This document shows, piece by piece, positions 53,301 through 59,553 of a stretch of DNA of 64,000 bases (position 1 is the first letter of the stretch; each line of letters starts with the position of its first letter). The notes below the pieces were generated by a model. The model was not told the origin of the DNA and did no database searches. It saw only the letters and a list, made by a program, of their open reading frames with translations. Both the position numbers and the translations under genes were made by a program. Origin of the DNA: Paragordius varius (lineage: Eukaryota > Animalia > Nematomorpha); contig OZ176058.1 of assembly GCA_964247055.1 (NCBI GenBank), positions 2,852,001 through 2,916,000 of the forward strand. The letters are read 5' to 3'.

Positions 53301-56028
53301 GCTGAGTAGATACCTATACCTAAAAATATAATACCAATATCCTAACATTTGAAGTATGTGAGGTTTAAGGTTTTTATTATAATAATAATGTAAAATTGGT
53401 AATTGCCTAACGCAATCATATCTTTCAAAACATTTTCAAAAAGAAAGTACTCATCTTGATTTTATAAATTATAAAGTTAGATATATAATTTTAAATAAAA
53501 AAACTTCTAATTCTCCAAAAAAAACATTAGAGGCGTTATATCAACTTAAACATATACAATCAGTTAAAATATTATGGTAAAAGTTAAATTATTGGATCTT
53601 CGAGTCTTGTAATTCATTTTAGAAAAAAACATCATTCATTTTTTCTCAAAAATATATGTTCCAATTAAATGGCGGCCCGTTAAACCAATAATAAAACTTT
53701 AAAATGAATGATATTAATTCTAATAGGGTGTGATTTTATATTGATATATTAACCAATTAATACTATGTTATTCCCTAGCTAAAATACGCGCAAACATAAA
53801 CTTAATGCGAACAGAATTTTTAAAAGGATCCTATACTATGGTTTATTTTATACAATGTTACGCAAACAGTGTTGTGCCAATTATACATACACATAAATAT
53901 GAAAATGGTGTTAATGCACTTTGCCTTGTATGCCATTAAAAAAAATTTTTATATATATGCTATATTGGTCAAAAAGAGAATATATTAAAAGTAAAACATA
54001 ATTTAGCTTAAAAAACCAATCTATATACACCTGGCTGGCCAATTAAAGTTCTCATCTGCACTATAGTCTAGAGAGGTCATTTTAAACATACACATTATAT
54101 TTATTGGTTTATCATAAATGTATAACAAAATTTAATTTTTTTCCTAAATCCAATGTAAAATGAATTTTTACAAAAAATTTAAAATTAAATTTTTAATAAC
54201 ATTAAGTGGTTAATATTTAAATTATATCATTTCATTTATTTAGTAATATTTTGTGGTTCAAAATAAATTTTTCTGCATATCTTTTACAAAAAAATAAATA
54301 AAATGATTTGATGGATGAAACCATCTTCTTTTTTCTAATTCTAATTCTTGGCATAATAACTTCCATAGCTTATTATTACACAATAAAATACGATATACAG
54401 TAGCGTATAGTATAATTAGAAGTTTTCCCATAATTAAATAAACAAAATCATGGTTAAAAGATGGGAAAAATGTTTAATTTAACCACTTATTGTTTATTAT
54501 CATACACTACTGTATTATAAATATTATAATATTTATCTTTATATTTCACCTTTTATAAACTAAAAAATAGCCAATATTGTATATTTTATCATATATTTCT
54601 ATAATTTACTTTTGCCTTATCAGAAAAAAAGTAAAAAAAAATAAAATATGGAAAAAGGTTTATAATATATTATAAAAACCACAACAATCTTGCAACTTTG
54701 TATATGTAATATTATCCCTTCTCTTCACAAAAAAAGAAAAGATTGTATGTTTAAGTATAGGAAAATGTGTGTTTAATAAGGTGTATTGGTCATTTTATAC
54801 CATACGTTACTGTAAATAATTCTACACAATTTATACCTTTGTTCTCACGCTGTTGTTGTTCGTCTTTTTCTTTTCCTTCTCTTTCTTCCACAAGAATTCC
54901 ACTGTGCCAAGATTGCTGGAATTTTCCATTTGTATTAGATATGGCCTGTATACTTCTTGAGGTGGTGGTGTTAAGATAATTATTGGTTAGATCATTATAA
55001 AGTTTTTTCTTCTGTTCATTTTTGCATAAAAAGGATGAAGATGATATCATGGTATCAGATTCAGAATTAACGTTATCAAAGTTATTTGGTGAGTCATCAT
55101 TTTCGTAATCAGTGTAAAATATAGGTTTTAGGATTGAAAGTTCACCAGTTATATAATTAAGATGAATGCTATCACGATGCAAAATCGCGTTTGCGACATG
55201 ATTTGGTGACAAAAAATTTATGTTTTTAGAGGTATTGTAATGTGTTACTTCATAATTTTGATCCTTTGTCGGTATAGATTCTAATTGATATGACCAGGTC
55301 CAACCCTTGGCGTGATACTTTGCAAATGGCGTCCGGAGCAGACGATAGAAATCGAGGCGGCCAATGACCTGAGGGAAGATATCACGTGAAAGGTCAAGTG
55401 ATGTCCTTCCATCATTGGCAGCAGACGACACTAAAGTAGGTTCGATAAAAAAGTTTTGATCTGAAATAGAAAATGCCGACGCATCCAAACATGTTAAATT
55501 CTTTTCAGAAATTATGCCGACAGATTTTGTGGATAAATCAATATCGTCTGGTCGTAGTATAGAAGATAAATCGTTTGATTCTGAAATTTTATCCGGTTCA
55601 TTATCAAAAATGTGAATGTGGAACAACTGTTGTTTATTTTTGCGTAAATTATCACAATTCGTAAAGGTTAAATCATTGAGGATGAGATTTTTGGTATAAT
55701 TATCACTTTCTTCATACAGGTATAAAAAGAAATCGGATGAAGTAGTTTTTAATATATTTAATGGTTTAAGTGTGAATAAATCTCCAGAAGGGAGGATTGA
55801 AAAATATTTTTCAATCCAAGAAGCATTGGAGTTATTATAAATTTTTATTGTGGGTATAACATGATTAATGTTAACGTTTAATAAAATGGTCCCTGGTGAC
55901 AAATTTGATGGCAAATTTAAATGATGAATGCAAGAATGGTCCAAAAGATCGAAATTGTCCCGGGATGCTCCCAATAAGTAGCAGATTAAAGAATATATGA
56001 AATAAATGTACCTTGATAACTTCAACAT
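126..56028 (-). CDS. CadN: Type-III classical cadherin (neural/DN-cadherin, HMR-1B-like); 53 coding exons in the window, 3' end beyond position 1
   Basis: All 53 exons join with GT-AG sites and matching phases into one stop-free frame of 12,454 nt. Motifs are colinear with DN-cadherin as I recall it: DVNDEPPFF, GPRPPQF, HAKSF, DDGSCC, GVCTFTV, QGQGVD..LDRDPPHGQP, GYADVRV, HGPPFKF, VYNYKG, DLDDW, EGF, LamG (DGNWKHIKIVR). About 15 EC repeats counted. Confidence 0.95.
331..551. mobile_element. MITE family A, decayed
   Basis: taccattta..caattcaaatt.. to gggtgaatttt.gtaaatggta. Confidence 0.75.
758..892 (-). CDS. CadN: Cadherin exon 52
   Basis: KNLNHYGTFP..KIWESFE; phase 1 to 1. Confidence 0.75.
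1598..1753 (-). CDS. CadN: Cadherin exon 51
   Basis: LTDGNWKHIKIVREGPIAKISI (LamG DG.WH motif); phase 1 to 1. Not captured by the ORF track in this frame. Confidence 0.9.
2631..2728 (-). CDS. CadN: Cadherin exon 50
   Basis: RFTYNLG (LamG motif); phase 2 to 1. Confidence 0.87.
3393..3491 (-). CDS. CadN: Cadherin exon 49
   Basis: PYNENSPQNYETFLNLTRNYGLPIDPALFGSL; phase 2 to 2. Confidence 0.8.
4059..4911 (-). CDS. CadN: Cadherin exon 48 (start of laminin G domain 2)
   Basis: IPTPFDTNTFSYLRV..LELKFQT..EYMWLDLV; phase 1 to 2. Confidence 0.85.
5071..5899 (-). CDS. CadN: Cadherin exon 47 (laminin G domain 1)
   Basis: LLEIKAIL..IELILDL..MVILGSIP..ICVSALRINGALIDL; phase 0 to 1. Confidence 0.88.
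5965..6120. repeat. About 70-bp tandem repeat (about 2.3 copies) in intron 46
   Basis: aagtggt(t/c)tatatgtata.agtgt.taaaaaaa.taaga repeated. Confidence 0.8.
6344..6584 (-). CDS. CadN: Cadherin exon 46 (end of EGF)
   Basis: CECPPPFNMQGGGPRCEY; phase 2 to 0. Confidence 0.9.
7122..7447 (-). CDS. CadN: Cadherin exon 45 (start of EGF)
   Basis: ISKALDIEILSID..IDTNRTAV..SCVFLGPDWCYHGGICIDNPITGP; phase 0 to 2. Confidence 0.9.
8067..8191 (-). CDS. CadN: Cadherin exon 44
   Basis: YVPRLKIQTILANWKHL; phase 1 to 0. Confidence 0.82.
8586..9132 (-). CDS. CadN: Cadherin exon 43
   Basis: 182-codon open frame with an N-rich insertion and TRLVFAV; phase 0 to 1. Confidence 0.8.
9523..9608 (-). CDS. CadN: Cadherin exon 42
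   Basis: DISPEQFLGASKSFW..; phase 1 to 0. Confidence 0.85.
9950..10227. mobile_element. MITE family C (Tc1/pogo-like, TA|CAGTAAAAA..TATACGGACAAA TIR)
   Basis: About 50-bp imperfect TIR ttatacggacaaa..aaagacaaatattt / aaatatttgtcttt..gtccgtata. Confidence 0.85.
10307..10452 (-). CDS. CadN: Cadherin exon 41
   Basis: DASYQLDFNVYD..VPATVYVHIKRIDE..SISLILN; phase 2 to 1. Confidence 0.9.
11293..11356 (-). CDS. CadN: Cadherin exon 40
   Basis: ELLPDFKCDSMSGEIRIMFDK; phase 1 to 2. Confidence 0.85.
11401..11696. mobile_element. MITE family A (TIR TACCATTTACAATTCAAATTCACCC, TA flanks, 21-bp subterminal repeats)
   Basis: TA|TACCATTTAC...GTAAATGGTA|TA; interior matches the other copies. Confidence 0.88.
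12066..12343. mobile_element. MITE family C
   Basis: Same TIR, ends TTTTTACTG|TA. Further full or partial copies at about 1325-1500, 3123-3316, 22105-22350, 38720-39090 and 63846-64000. Confidence 0.85.
12361..12504 (-). CDS. CadN: Cadherin exon 39 (NC domain)
   Basis: NTFIGTVWTADLDDWLRPGDKNF; phase 1 to 1. Confidence 0.92.
13311..13893 (-). CDS. CadN: Cadherin exon 38 (end of last EC, insertion, start of NC domain)
   Basis: YPVRICDSGTPP..IIIGDLNDQP..KHIHVYNYK; phase 0 to 1. Confidence 0.92.
13900..15090. repeat. Degenerate minisatellite in intron 37 (core aatattggttaaaa, purine-rich on the + strand)
   Basis: More than 12 recurrences of ttggttaaaa at roughly 60-110 bp spacing. Confidence 0.8.
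15471..15538 (-). CDS. CadN: Cadherin exon 37
   Basis: DSGPNKNGSAMITLIRAIDRESN; phase 1 to 0. Confidence 0.9.
15765..15784 (+). repeat. G20 homopolymer
   Basis: Direct read; lies at the end of an echo of exon 36. Confidence 0.95.
16067..16383 (-). CDS. CadN: Cadherin exon 36
   Basis: S/T-rich insertion, then AQDPDNEGVAGHGPPFKF; phase 2 to 1. Confidence 0.9.
16228..16302. promoter_or_regulatory. Exonic cluster of RFX X-boxes plus an E-box
   Basis: GTTGCCATGGTAAC (16228-16241), GTTTCCATGGCAAC (16243-16256), CAGCTG (16277), ATTGCCATGGCAAT (16289-16302). Function untested. Confidence 0.5.
16680..16916 (-). CDS. CadN: Cadherin exon 35
   Basis: LDYETADIVVITVRARDRGAPSLSGRAQLRIDVVDINDNYPRF; phase 2 to 2. 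Confidence 0.94.
17227..17505 (-). CDS. CadN: Cadherin exon 34
   Basis: FRLALLLIEVTDG..NITDANDNAPSF..ARDADSGINGEF; phase 2 to 2. Confidence 0.93.
17882..18091 (-). CDS. CadN: Cadherin exon 33
   Basis: LRYFGIAS..GDIVALRTLDYDNFED; phase 2 to 2. Confidence 0.9.
18639..18808 (-). CDS. CadN: Cadherin exon 32 (insertion exon)
   Basis: TYKTNEEWSMSPEASF..KLLAAGLLSSFL; the only open frame here; phase 0 to 2 bridges exons 31 and 33. Confidence 0.75.
19128..19522. mobile_element. MITE family A, best-preserved copy
   Basis: Long TIRs built from 4-5 AACAATTCAAATTCACCCTT(G/A) units at each end. Confidence 0.92.
20123..20313 (-). CDS. CadN: Cadherin exon 31
   Basis: GTGFITIHVEDRNDQAPSF..DRDVGDNAKLAYTV; phase 1 to 0. 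Confidence 0.92.
20666..20820 (-). CDS. CadN: Cadherin exon 30
   Basis: IFAIDPLSGHITTLVANLDRETVDKYTIEVEARDKDGFS; phase 2 to 1. Confidence 0.94.
21306..21411 (-). CDS. CadN: Cadherin exon 29
   Basis: HFSGSVPENSEAGRSVMTVRAQDADEGENAKLTY; phase 1 to 2. Confidence 0.94.
21955..22072 (-). CDS. CadN: Cadherin exon 28
   Basis: VWSLLALATDEGGRGNYGYADVRVILEDINDNAPVF; phase 0 to 1. Confidence 0.94.
22702..22857 (-). CDS. CadN: Cadherin exon 27
   Basis: LRATDRD..FSLQGQGVD..LDRDPPHGQP; phase 0 to 0. Confidence 0.93.
23090..24190 (-). repeat. Decayed copies of both ends of exon 26
   Basis: 3'-end copies at about 23355-23450, 23240-23300 and 23090-23165; 5'-end copies at about 23905-23945, 24035-24070 and 24128-24185. 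Confidence 0.8.
23538..23774 (-). CDS. CadN: Cadherin exon 26
   Basis: QYILKVLVTDGRNENSTLVSINVKDVNDNAPEFDSTLYEVRIPEE; phase 0 to 0. Confidence 0.94.
24393..24495 (-). CDS. CadN: Cadherin exon 25
   Basis: YQILSGNVGGVFDIKPSIGQIYVRGKLDYELGPR; phase 2 to 0. Confidence 0.94.
24946..25003 (-). CDS. CadN: Cadherin exon 24
   Basis: SPVIEVSAKDADETSTQL; phase 1 to 2. Confidence 0.9.
25589..25690 (-). CDS. CadN: Cadherin exon 23
   Basis: STYVRIKVEDVNDNVPYFLEPYYIAHVNEDARE; phase 1 to 1. Confidence 0.92.
25744..26286. mobile_element. MITE family D (TTAA flanks, CACTT termini, asymmetric ends; piggyBac-like)
   Basis: TTAA|CACTTGG...CGAAGTG|TTAA; internal inverted repeat CGATTCAAATTGGGGTA. Confidence 0.85.
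26460..27760 (-). repeat. Tandem array carrying repeated decayed copies of the exon 22 donor end
   Basis: aaactaacc(a/g)gaatt(a/t)gg..atcc.ggt.ta.atc variants at about 27560, 27400, 27220, 27050, 26920 and 26605. Confidence 0.8.
27776..27922 (-). CDS. CadN: Cadherin exon 22
   Basis: FSINSSTGEIFTRLPLDREVKSHYLIRILAQDGMSSDITPGSPNS; phase 1 to 1. Confidence 0.93.
27978..28548. mobile_element. MITE family D (opposite orientation)
   Basis: TTAA flanks; interior is the reverse complement of the 25744 copy. Confidence 0.85.
28748..29036 (-). CDS. CadN: Cadherin exon 21
   Basis: DTYITIDIEDANDNAPIF..REDSPPGTSVITVRAEDAD; phase 0 to 1. Donor gtctga assumed; an alternative phase-1 donor (gttcca) exists a few codons upstream. 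Confidence 0.85.
29073..29382. mobile_element. MITE family A
   Basis: caattcaaattcaccc repeats; right TIR ctgcaaatggta|ta. Confidence 0.85.
29688..29871 (-). CDS. CadN: Cadherin exon 20
   Basis: YSILQGNQ..LDYERVSKYNITLRAKNNAPIQLES; phase 2 to 0. Confidence 0.93.
30771..30991 (-). CDS. CadN: Cadherin exon 19
   Basis: FNLTAIAQDKGTPALSSTVSVRIIV..EPPAW; phase 0 to 2. Confidence 0.93.
31294..31624 (-). CDS. CadN: Cadherin exon 18
   Basis: FSQSRYDKSV..RVSASDPDEGPNGEISY..FTIDPETGWI; phase 2 to 0. Confidence 0.93.
31706..32131. mobile_element. Foldback-like MITE family B (TIR TACCATTTGCACTTCAAGAGTGTCC; array of 21-bp AACATTTCAAGTTGGTCCTTG)
   Basis: TIR at both ends, about 15 tandem units, right terminus duplicated. 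Confidence 0.9.
32398..32609 (-). CDS. CadN: Cadherin exon 17
   Basis: LVKTAIPLDREE..TVTATDRGDRPLIGVCTFTVNIGDRNDNEP; phase 0 to 2. Confidence 0.93.
32900..33380 (-). pseudogene. Two further decayed copies of the 3' half of exon 16
   Basis: Copies at about 33245-33380 (4-nt deletion) and 32905-33025; tandem period about 365 bp. Confidence 0.85.
33614..33745 (-). pseudogene. Partial duplicate of exon 16 with intact splice sites and an in-frame TGA (candidate poison exon)
   Basis: ttactcag|AAT..ACTGGG|gtaagt, 132 nt; CGA changed to TGA at 33710-33712. Confidence 0.8.
33985..34225 (-). CDS. CadN: Cadherin exon 16
   Basis: VVVRVLDINNNKPEFPDCGSYNPTVLENSPPGTPVITVRAIDSDSGLNGQVRY..FTIEPDTG; phase 2 to 0. 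Confidence 0.94.
34409..34637. mobile_element. MITE family A
   Basis: taccatttacaaatcaaattcacccc...gggtgaatttgaacagtaaatggta. Confidence 0.82.
34777..34888 (-). CDS. CadN: Cadherin exon 15
   Basis: FYTLNITATDDGSCCAES; phase 1 to 2, donor gtttaa. Confidence 0.9.
35391..35498 (-). CDS. CadN: Cadherin exon 14
   Basis: GGSEYSDDFHINPDGVITLIGSP..GIGN; phase 1 to 1. Confidence 0.88.
36740..37700. repeat. Tandem repeat array in intron 13 (gtacgatattcaaacattaatatgtgtac core)
   Basis: Five or six highly similar 120-190 bp units. Confidence 0.85.
37734..37890 (-). CDS. CadN: Cadherin exon 13
   Basis: VKIIVSNVNDEAPIFSRNVYVPEISEDASSGAVVLSVNAVDPDGDNVFYSFK; phase 0 to 1. Confidence 0.93.
38283..38591 (-). 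CDS. CadN: Cadherin exon 12
   Basis: FSIDPVTGVIRNRATLDYE..YVFRVRARDNGTPARSSIAQ; phase 0 to 0. Confidence 0.93.
39415..39527 (-). CDS. CadN: Cadherin exon 11
   Basis: VQASDADSGHFGQITYDLL..FENT; phase 1 to 0. Confidence 0.92.
40091..40202 (-). CDS. CadN: Cadherin exon 10
   Basis: LTINVLDINDNGPVFSQPEYVKQKIPEDVPIGTELLK; phase 0 to 1. Confidence 0.93.
41181..41310 (-). CDS. CadN: Cadherin exon 9
   Basis: LNKKLDYENFNEPKQYQAKIVARE..ERLAD; phase 2 to 0; the only complete one of three tandem copies. Confidence 0.88.
41445..41713 (-). repeat. Two near-identical tandem copies (about 200 bp) of the exon 9 acceptor and 5' end
   Basis: AG|CCTGAATAAAAAATTGGATTATGAG begins at 41711, 41512 and at the real exon start 41310. 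Confidence 0.92.
41862..42131 (-). CDS. CadN: Cadherin exon 8
   Basis: FVMNVEEESEPGTLIGHVHAKSFNNRPIIYDL..FSIKTGPLGGEI; phase 2 to 2. Confidence 0.92.
43000..43243. mobile_element. MITE family C
   Basis: cagtaaaaatttaaattatacgga...ttttgtcc..tttttac. Confidence 0.78.
43264..43360 (-). CDS. CadN: Cadherin exon 7 (insertion exon)
   Basis: ELNGITATYPQHGSKAGVVTSIAPNKPNGKDI; GC-rich island whose phase 1 to 2 is required to join exon 6 to exon 8. Confidence 0.8.
43838..44565 (-). pseudogene. Three decayed copies of the exon 6 3' end
   Basis: ggcggtctagggc(c/t)a.caactat-like blocks at about 44472-44565, 44150-44265 and 43838-43905. Confidence 0.85.
44782..45054 (-). CDS. CadN: Cadherin exon 6
   Basis: KKFRVDPISGAIEL..EYVLRVSVRD..VSIVVGPRPPQF; phase 1 to 1. 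Confidence 0.92.
45460..45546 (-). CDS. CadN: Cadherin exon 5
   Basis: TSNAFIFKLTAQDLDAGAYLRYNLESDA; phase 1 to 1. Confidence 0.9.
46259..46372 (-). CDS. CadN: Cadherin exon 4
   Basis: GQERQTITLNVRDVNDEPPFFTNEYIPMEATIDPNTVP; phase 1 to 1. Confidence 0.93.
46385..46690. mobile_element. MITE family C with an internal (TA)n
   Basis: ttatacggacaaaatgtaaaaatataaagaca / tgtctttatatttttacatttggtccgtatga. Confidence 0.85.
48411..48640. mobile_element. MITE family A, decayed
   Basis: catttacaatttacattcacccttgaac plus the shared interior. Confidence 0.7.
49975..50231 (-). CDS. CadN: Cadherin exon 3 (EC1)
   Basis: YLTAGG..VEIDSTSGIISI..LDFETADTIVLTV; phase 2 to 1. Confidence 0.9.
51386..51627. mobile_element. 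MITE family A
   Basis: taccattaacatttcaaattca...gaattgtaaatggta. Confidence 0.82.
52767..53211 (-). CDS. CadN: Cadherin exon 2: end of pro-region, KKR site, start of EC1
   Basis: EEWITSG..HNRIKKR/DVLTAVNRANYTLTVNESQVG; phase 1 to 2; ttttag acceptor, gtatga donor. Confidence 0.85.
54398..54512. mobile_element. Tiny MITE family E (about 115 bp, TA|CAGTAG..CTACTG|TA)
   Basis: TIR cagtagcgtat/atacactactg; similar copies at about 48008-48122 and 50947-51069. Confidence 0.72.
54837..56028 (-). CDS. CadN: Cadherin exon 1: signal peptide and pro-region
   Basis: MLKLSRYIYFIYSLICYLLG (hydrophobic N-terminus), then cadherin-like LNLPSNLSPGTILL..YFSILPSGDLFT. Donor G|gtataa (phase 1) matches the exon 2 acceptor. 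Confidence 0.8.
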
Positions 56029-56957
56029 CTTACTATTTTACATAAAATAAAGATTTATTTGAAAACTTGTCCATAAAATTTGGGATATATAATCAAAAAA
56101 ACATATTAAAACATAGGTGGAAAAGAGATCCAAATTATAATAGTATTCGAATATGAGTCTTTCGTAAAATAACCGTCAAATTAGCCGGTTAATAAAAGCG
56201 TGATAAATGCACAATACAAAAAACATATGGGAACAGGTAAATATGAAATTTGCGCCTTATATTAACTTTTTGTTTTCAAAAAAAAATTATCATAAACATA
56301 GGTAATATAATAGTTATTGGTATATTAAAAATTCTACAACTAAATCTCTATTGTAAAATTATAATGGGTTTTTTTGCCCACATTATATACAAATTCTTAG
56401 TGTGAAATTCCAGATGGCTTTTCTACAAACCAAAAAAAACATCTTATTTTAATATATATCTTTAGATATAAAATAATTAATTATAAAATAACTATATTTT
56501 TAGCCAATATCTCTAGAGTTAATAATTAAAAATAATAAATATTTTGTGTTTATATATTCACCATATCGGACATGCAAACTCATAACTAATTTGATTTATT
56601 TAACACTTCATCAATATCCATATTGTATTTTTGGTAAAATACTTTTCTTTAAAAAAATAATAAATCTACAATTTTATATGGTAAAATATTTGCATATGTA
56701 TCTCTTATTAATTTTATATATGTAACTATTTAACTGTTATTTGGTAATACATTTTTAACAAATACAAATATATAGTTTGTTTTGTTTATGCCTTTTATAA
56801 AATTATTCTTTTATTGTAAAACATTCAATGATATTAGCATAAGTTAAAATTTGTATCCATCCGCTTTTTACGCGCATATTAAAATTCTTGAAATAAATGA
56901 TTGTAAAATTTGTACCCCATACTTAAACTTTTTTTACGTTTTGCTCATAAATATTAA

Positions 56958-57446
56958 CACTTCGATTCAAATTGGGGTATCTAAATACCTCAGACTGAAT
57001 TTGAGTTAGGATTTTCAAAAAATTACCGAAGGAAACGGTCCCAATTTAAATTTATGCTTTTATCTTAATAAAAATTAAATAACTATACAAAAGATCTATA
57101 AGAATTTTGTTTTGAAAAAAAAGGTAAAATCAAAGCTAATTTTTTATTTTACATCTAACGTTGATAGAAATAAAATAGCGGTTTATTTTGTATTGTTTTT
57201 TAATTTTACCATTGCACACATGGACGTTAACTTAATTCTTTCGGTTTTAGCAAATAAGTAATATCAAGTATTTTTAAATAAATTTTTTTATAAATTTCGG
57301 TTTATTAATGTTATATAAATGCAAAATTTTGCCATGGTTTTGATTCCTTCCATATTTTTTGAAGAATTTAATTTTAAAGAGGGCTGGGGTATTTAACTAC
57401 CCCAATTTGAATCGAAGGACTAAAATAAATGTGCTGTGTTCAAGTG
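56958..57446. mobile_element. MITE family D, upstream of the cadherin start
   Basis: TTAA|CACTTCGATTCAAATTGGGG...CAAGTG|TTAA. Confidence 0.85.
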
Positions 57447-58199
57447 TTAAAAGAGATGATAGTAAAATATGATTATTTGCCTACGCAGCTGATATGATCT
57501 GTATAATTCTACTTCCGCATTTGCACAAATTAGTCTCTACCCGCATAACTTTTTCCTATGCACAATTTACCAACGAAGATTGCATCCTTAAAACTACTAC
57601 ATTATAAACATCTAAATTTTTTAGATCAAAAATAAATTTACCACAATAAAATTAATATTGGGTTCATGGCAAAAGCTTGATGATAGAATAAACAGAGGCT
57701 TTTATTTGAAAAAATCAATTAATTAACATGCTATCTAAACATAACTGCAAAACAGATTTTGGATGTTACAAAAAATGCCAGCGCTGAAGTTTAGACATCT
57801 CTCCACACTCGTGAAAGACGCCATTTTAAAAATTAATTCAAATATCAAAATCCTCCCTTATCTTTTCACTATTTTGATTTTACATTTTGTTAGTTTTATA
57901 TCCCAGAACTTAACAAAACTAAAAATTATTAATCAAATATTAAACATCGTTATCAATAATATATTTTTTAGATTTTTGTGATTTCTTGGGTTTTAAATTG
58001 GGACAGCTTAACACGAAGGAAACGAACATTAAAATTATAATATATACAGTTATTGCTGGTAAATTGTAACCTGTTTTAAATGCTATCTACTAACATTTCT
58101 CCACACCTATTTGCCTGTTGAAGCTTAAAAAACTTTATAGAAAAAAATGGCGGCAGAAAAAAAGATGAGGATTTTAATCTTATTGAACATTTTTTACAA

Positions 58200-58560
58200 A
58201 TAATTGTATAATGTTCAAAAGCTTTAGAAAGCATATTTTTAAATTCTTTTCAATACCTTAATTACTTTTTAGAATTTCTAATGGCCCTGGAAGATAAAAC
58301 TATCTCAAAAGGTAATCGAGTATTAAAATGTTTTACTAATTAACATAATGTATTTGCGCTCGTTCAACTTTCTGACCAAATTCCAACACTATCCGCAGTG
58401 AATATGACTCATATCTTACCTCCCTCCTAACACTTCACTAACTTTTCTCTTTTTTAATAGATTACAAATTGGATTAGTTTTGTATGACATTGCAAATATT
58501 CGCCTGTTTTGAAAGTTGTTTCGGTTAAAATTTAATTATCCAACATGGTTATGGAAATGA
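58200..58560 (+). pseudogene. Fossil pogo/Tigger-type DDE transposase fragment
   Basis: Frameshifted pieces in the expected order: KAY, FLEFLMALEDKTISKGNRVL, LLI, LSAVNMTH, YLPPNTS, KLD*, IANIRLF. These resemble DDE_1 motifs KAWM / F..WL..LD..M...RK.LL..DN / L..V...FLPPNTTS..QPLDQGII..FK as I recall them. Confidence 0.5.
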
Positions 58561-59165
58561 GAAAGCTTATGTTTGTTATATTTTAATTTCGAGGCTCTAT
58601 ATTTTGATTAAGCAGATGGAAAACATCAAATATTAAAAACTGCTTTAATATTTTATAAAGTAATTTATTTACGTTTTTGACCATACCATATTAGCTAATA
58701 GCGATTAAATAACCAATGAAAAAAATAACGGCGAAAATTACTATGATTTATTTTTATATTTATAATTTATTTATTCTGCGCCTAAAAGCCACTAGCCATT
58801 TTTACGATATTCCGAATCATCATTGAAACTACTCCGAGCAGTATTAAAGTGTTATCAATGTATTATAGGGCTAAATATATGAATATGTTTTATGGGCAGT
58901 TTAAAAGAAACATTTTGTTCCCCAACTCAAACTTTTTGTCGCCATATTCTTTTTAAAATTTTTGATGTAAATTAACGAATAACAAAATAAAATCGAAAAT
59001 ATATTTTTAATTTAGTAAAAAATTCAGGAAAGTTTGAAAGATTAAAATTAATTAAAGGACATTATATTGCCGATAAATCATAACTATAATCAAGTTTTCT
59101 AATCTATAGATATCAGAAAACCCTGCTTCGCTCAATAGATATATGTAGACTTCCACTATGTAAAA

Positions 59166-59469
59166 TACCATTTCCACTTAAAGGTCCTTTATCAATCCTA
59201 AGTCGGTCCCATTTCAAGAGTGTCCTTCAAATATAAATTAGGTTTAAACGCGTTATTAAAATATATATAAGTATTATGGGTTATTAATACCAGTTTTTAG
59301 TTAAAAAACATTAATCAATTTTAAATATTGGTTCGGAAATATTCACAAGTGGTTTATGGATGAAAATAATTTCAATTTGTACTTATATGTTAAAATTAAG
59401 TTATTTTTGATTAAAAAGTTTTAAGACCAACTTAAAGGGTTATTGGAGACTCTTAAAGTCCAAATGGTA
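59166..59469. mobile_element. MITE family B, decayed
   Basis: taccatttccacttaaagg...gagactcttaaagtccaaatggta. Confidence 0.7.
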
Positions 59470-59553
59470 TAATACAATAAAATATTAGCTATATACATAG
59501 TGCATAAAATCGGGGCGTTTTAAAAAATACTCTCAATTATTGTGATAAAAATG

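Noticed and set aside
58144-58154. YY1-like AAAATGGCGGC as the promoter
   Set aside because: A single short match with no TSS evidence, adjacent to a probable transposase fossil.
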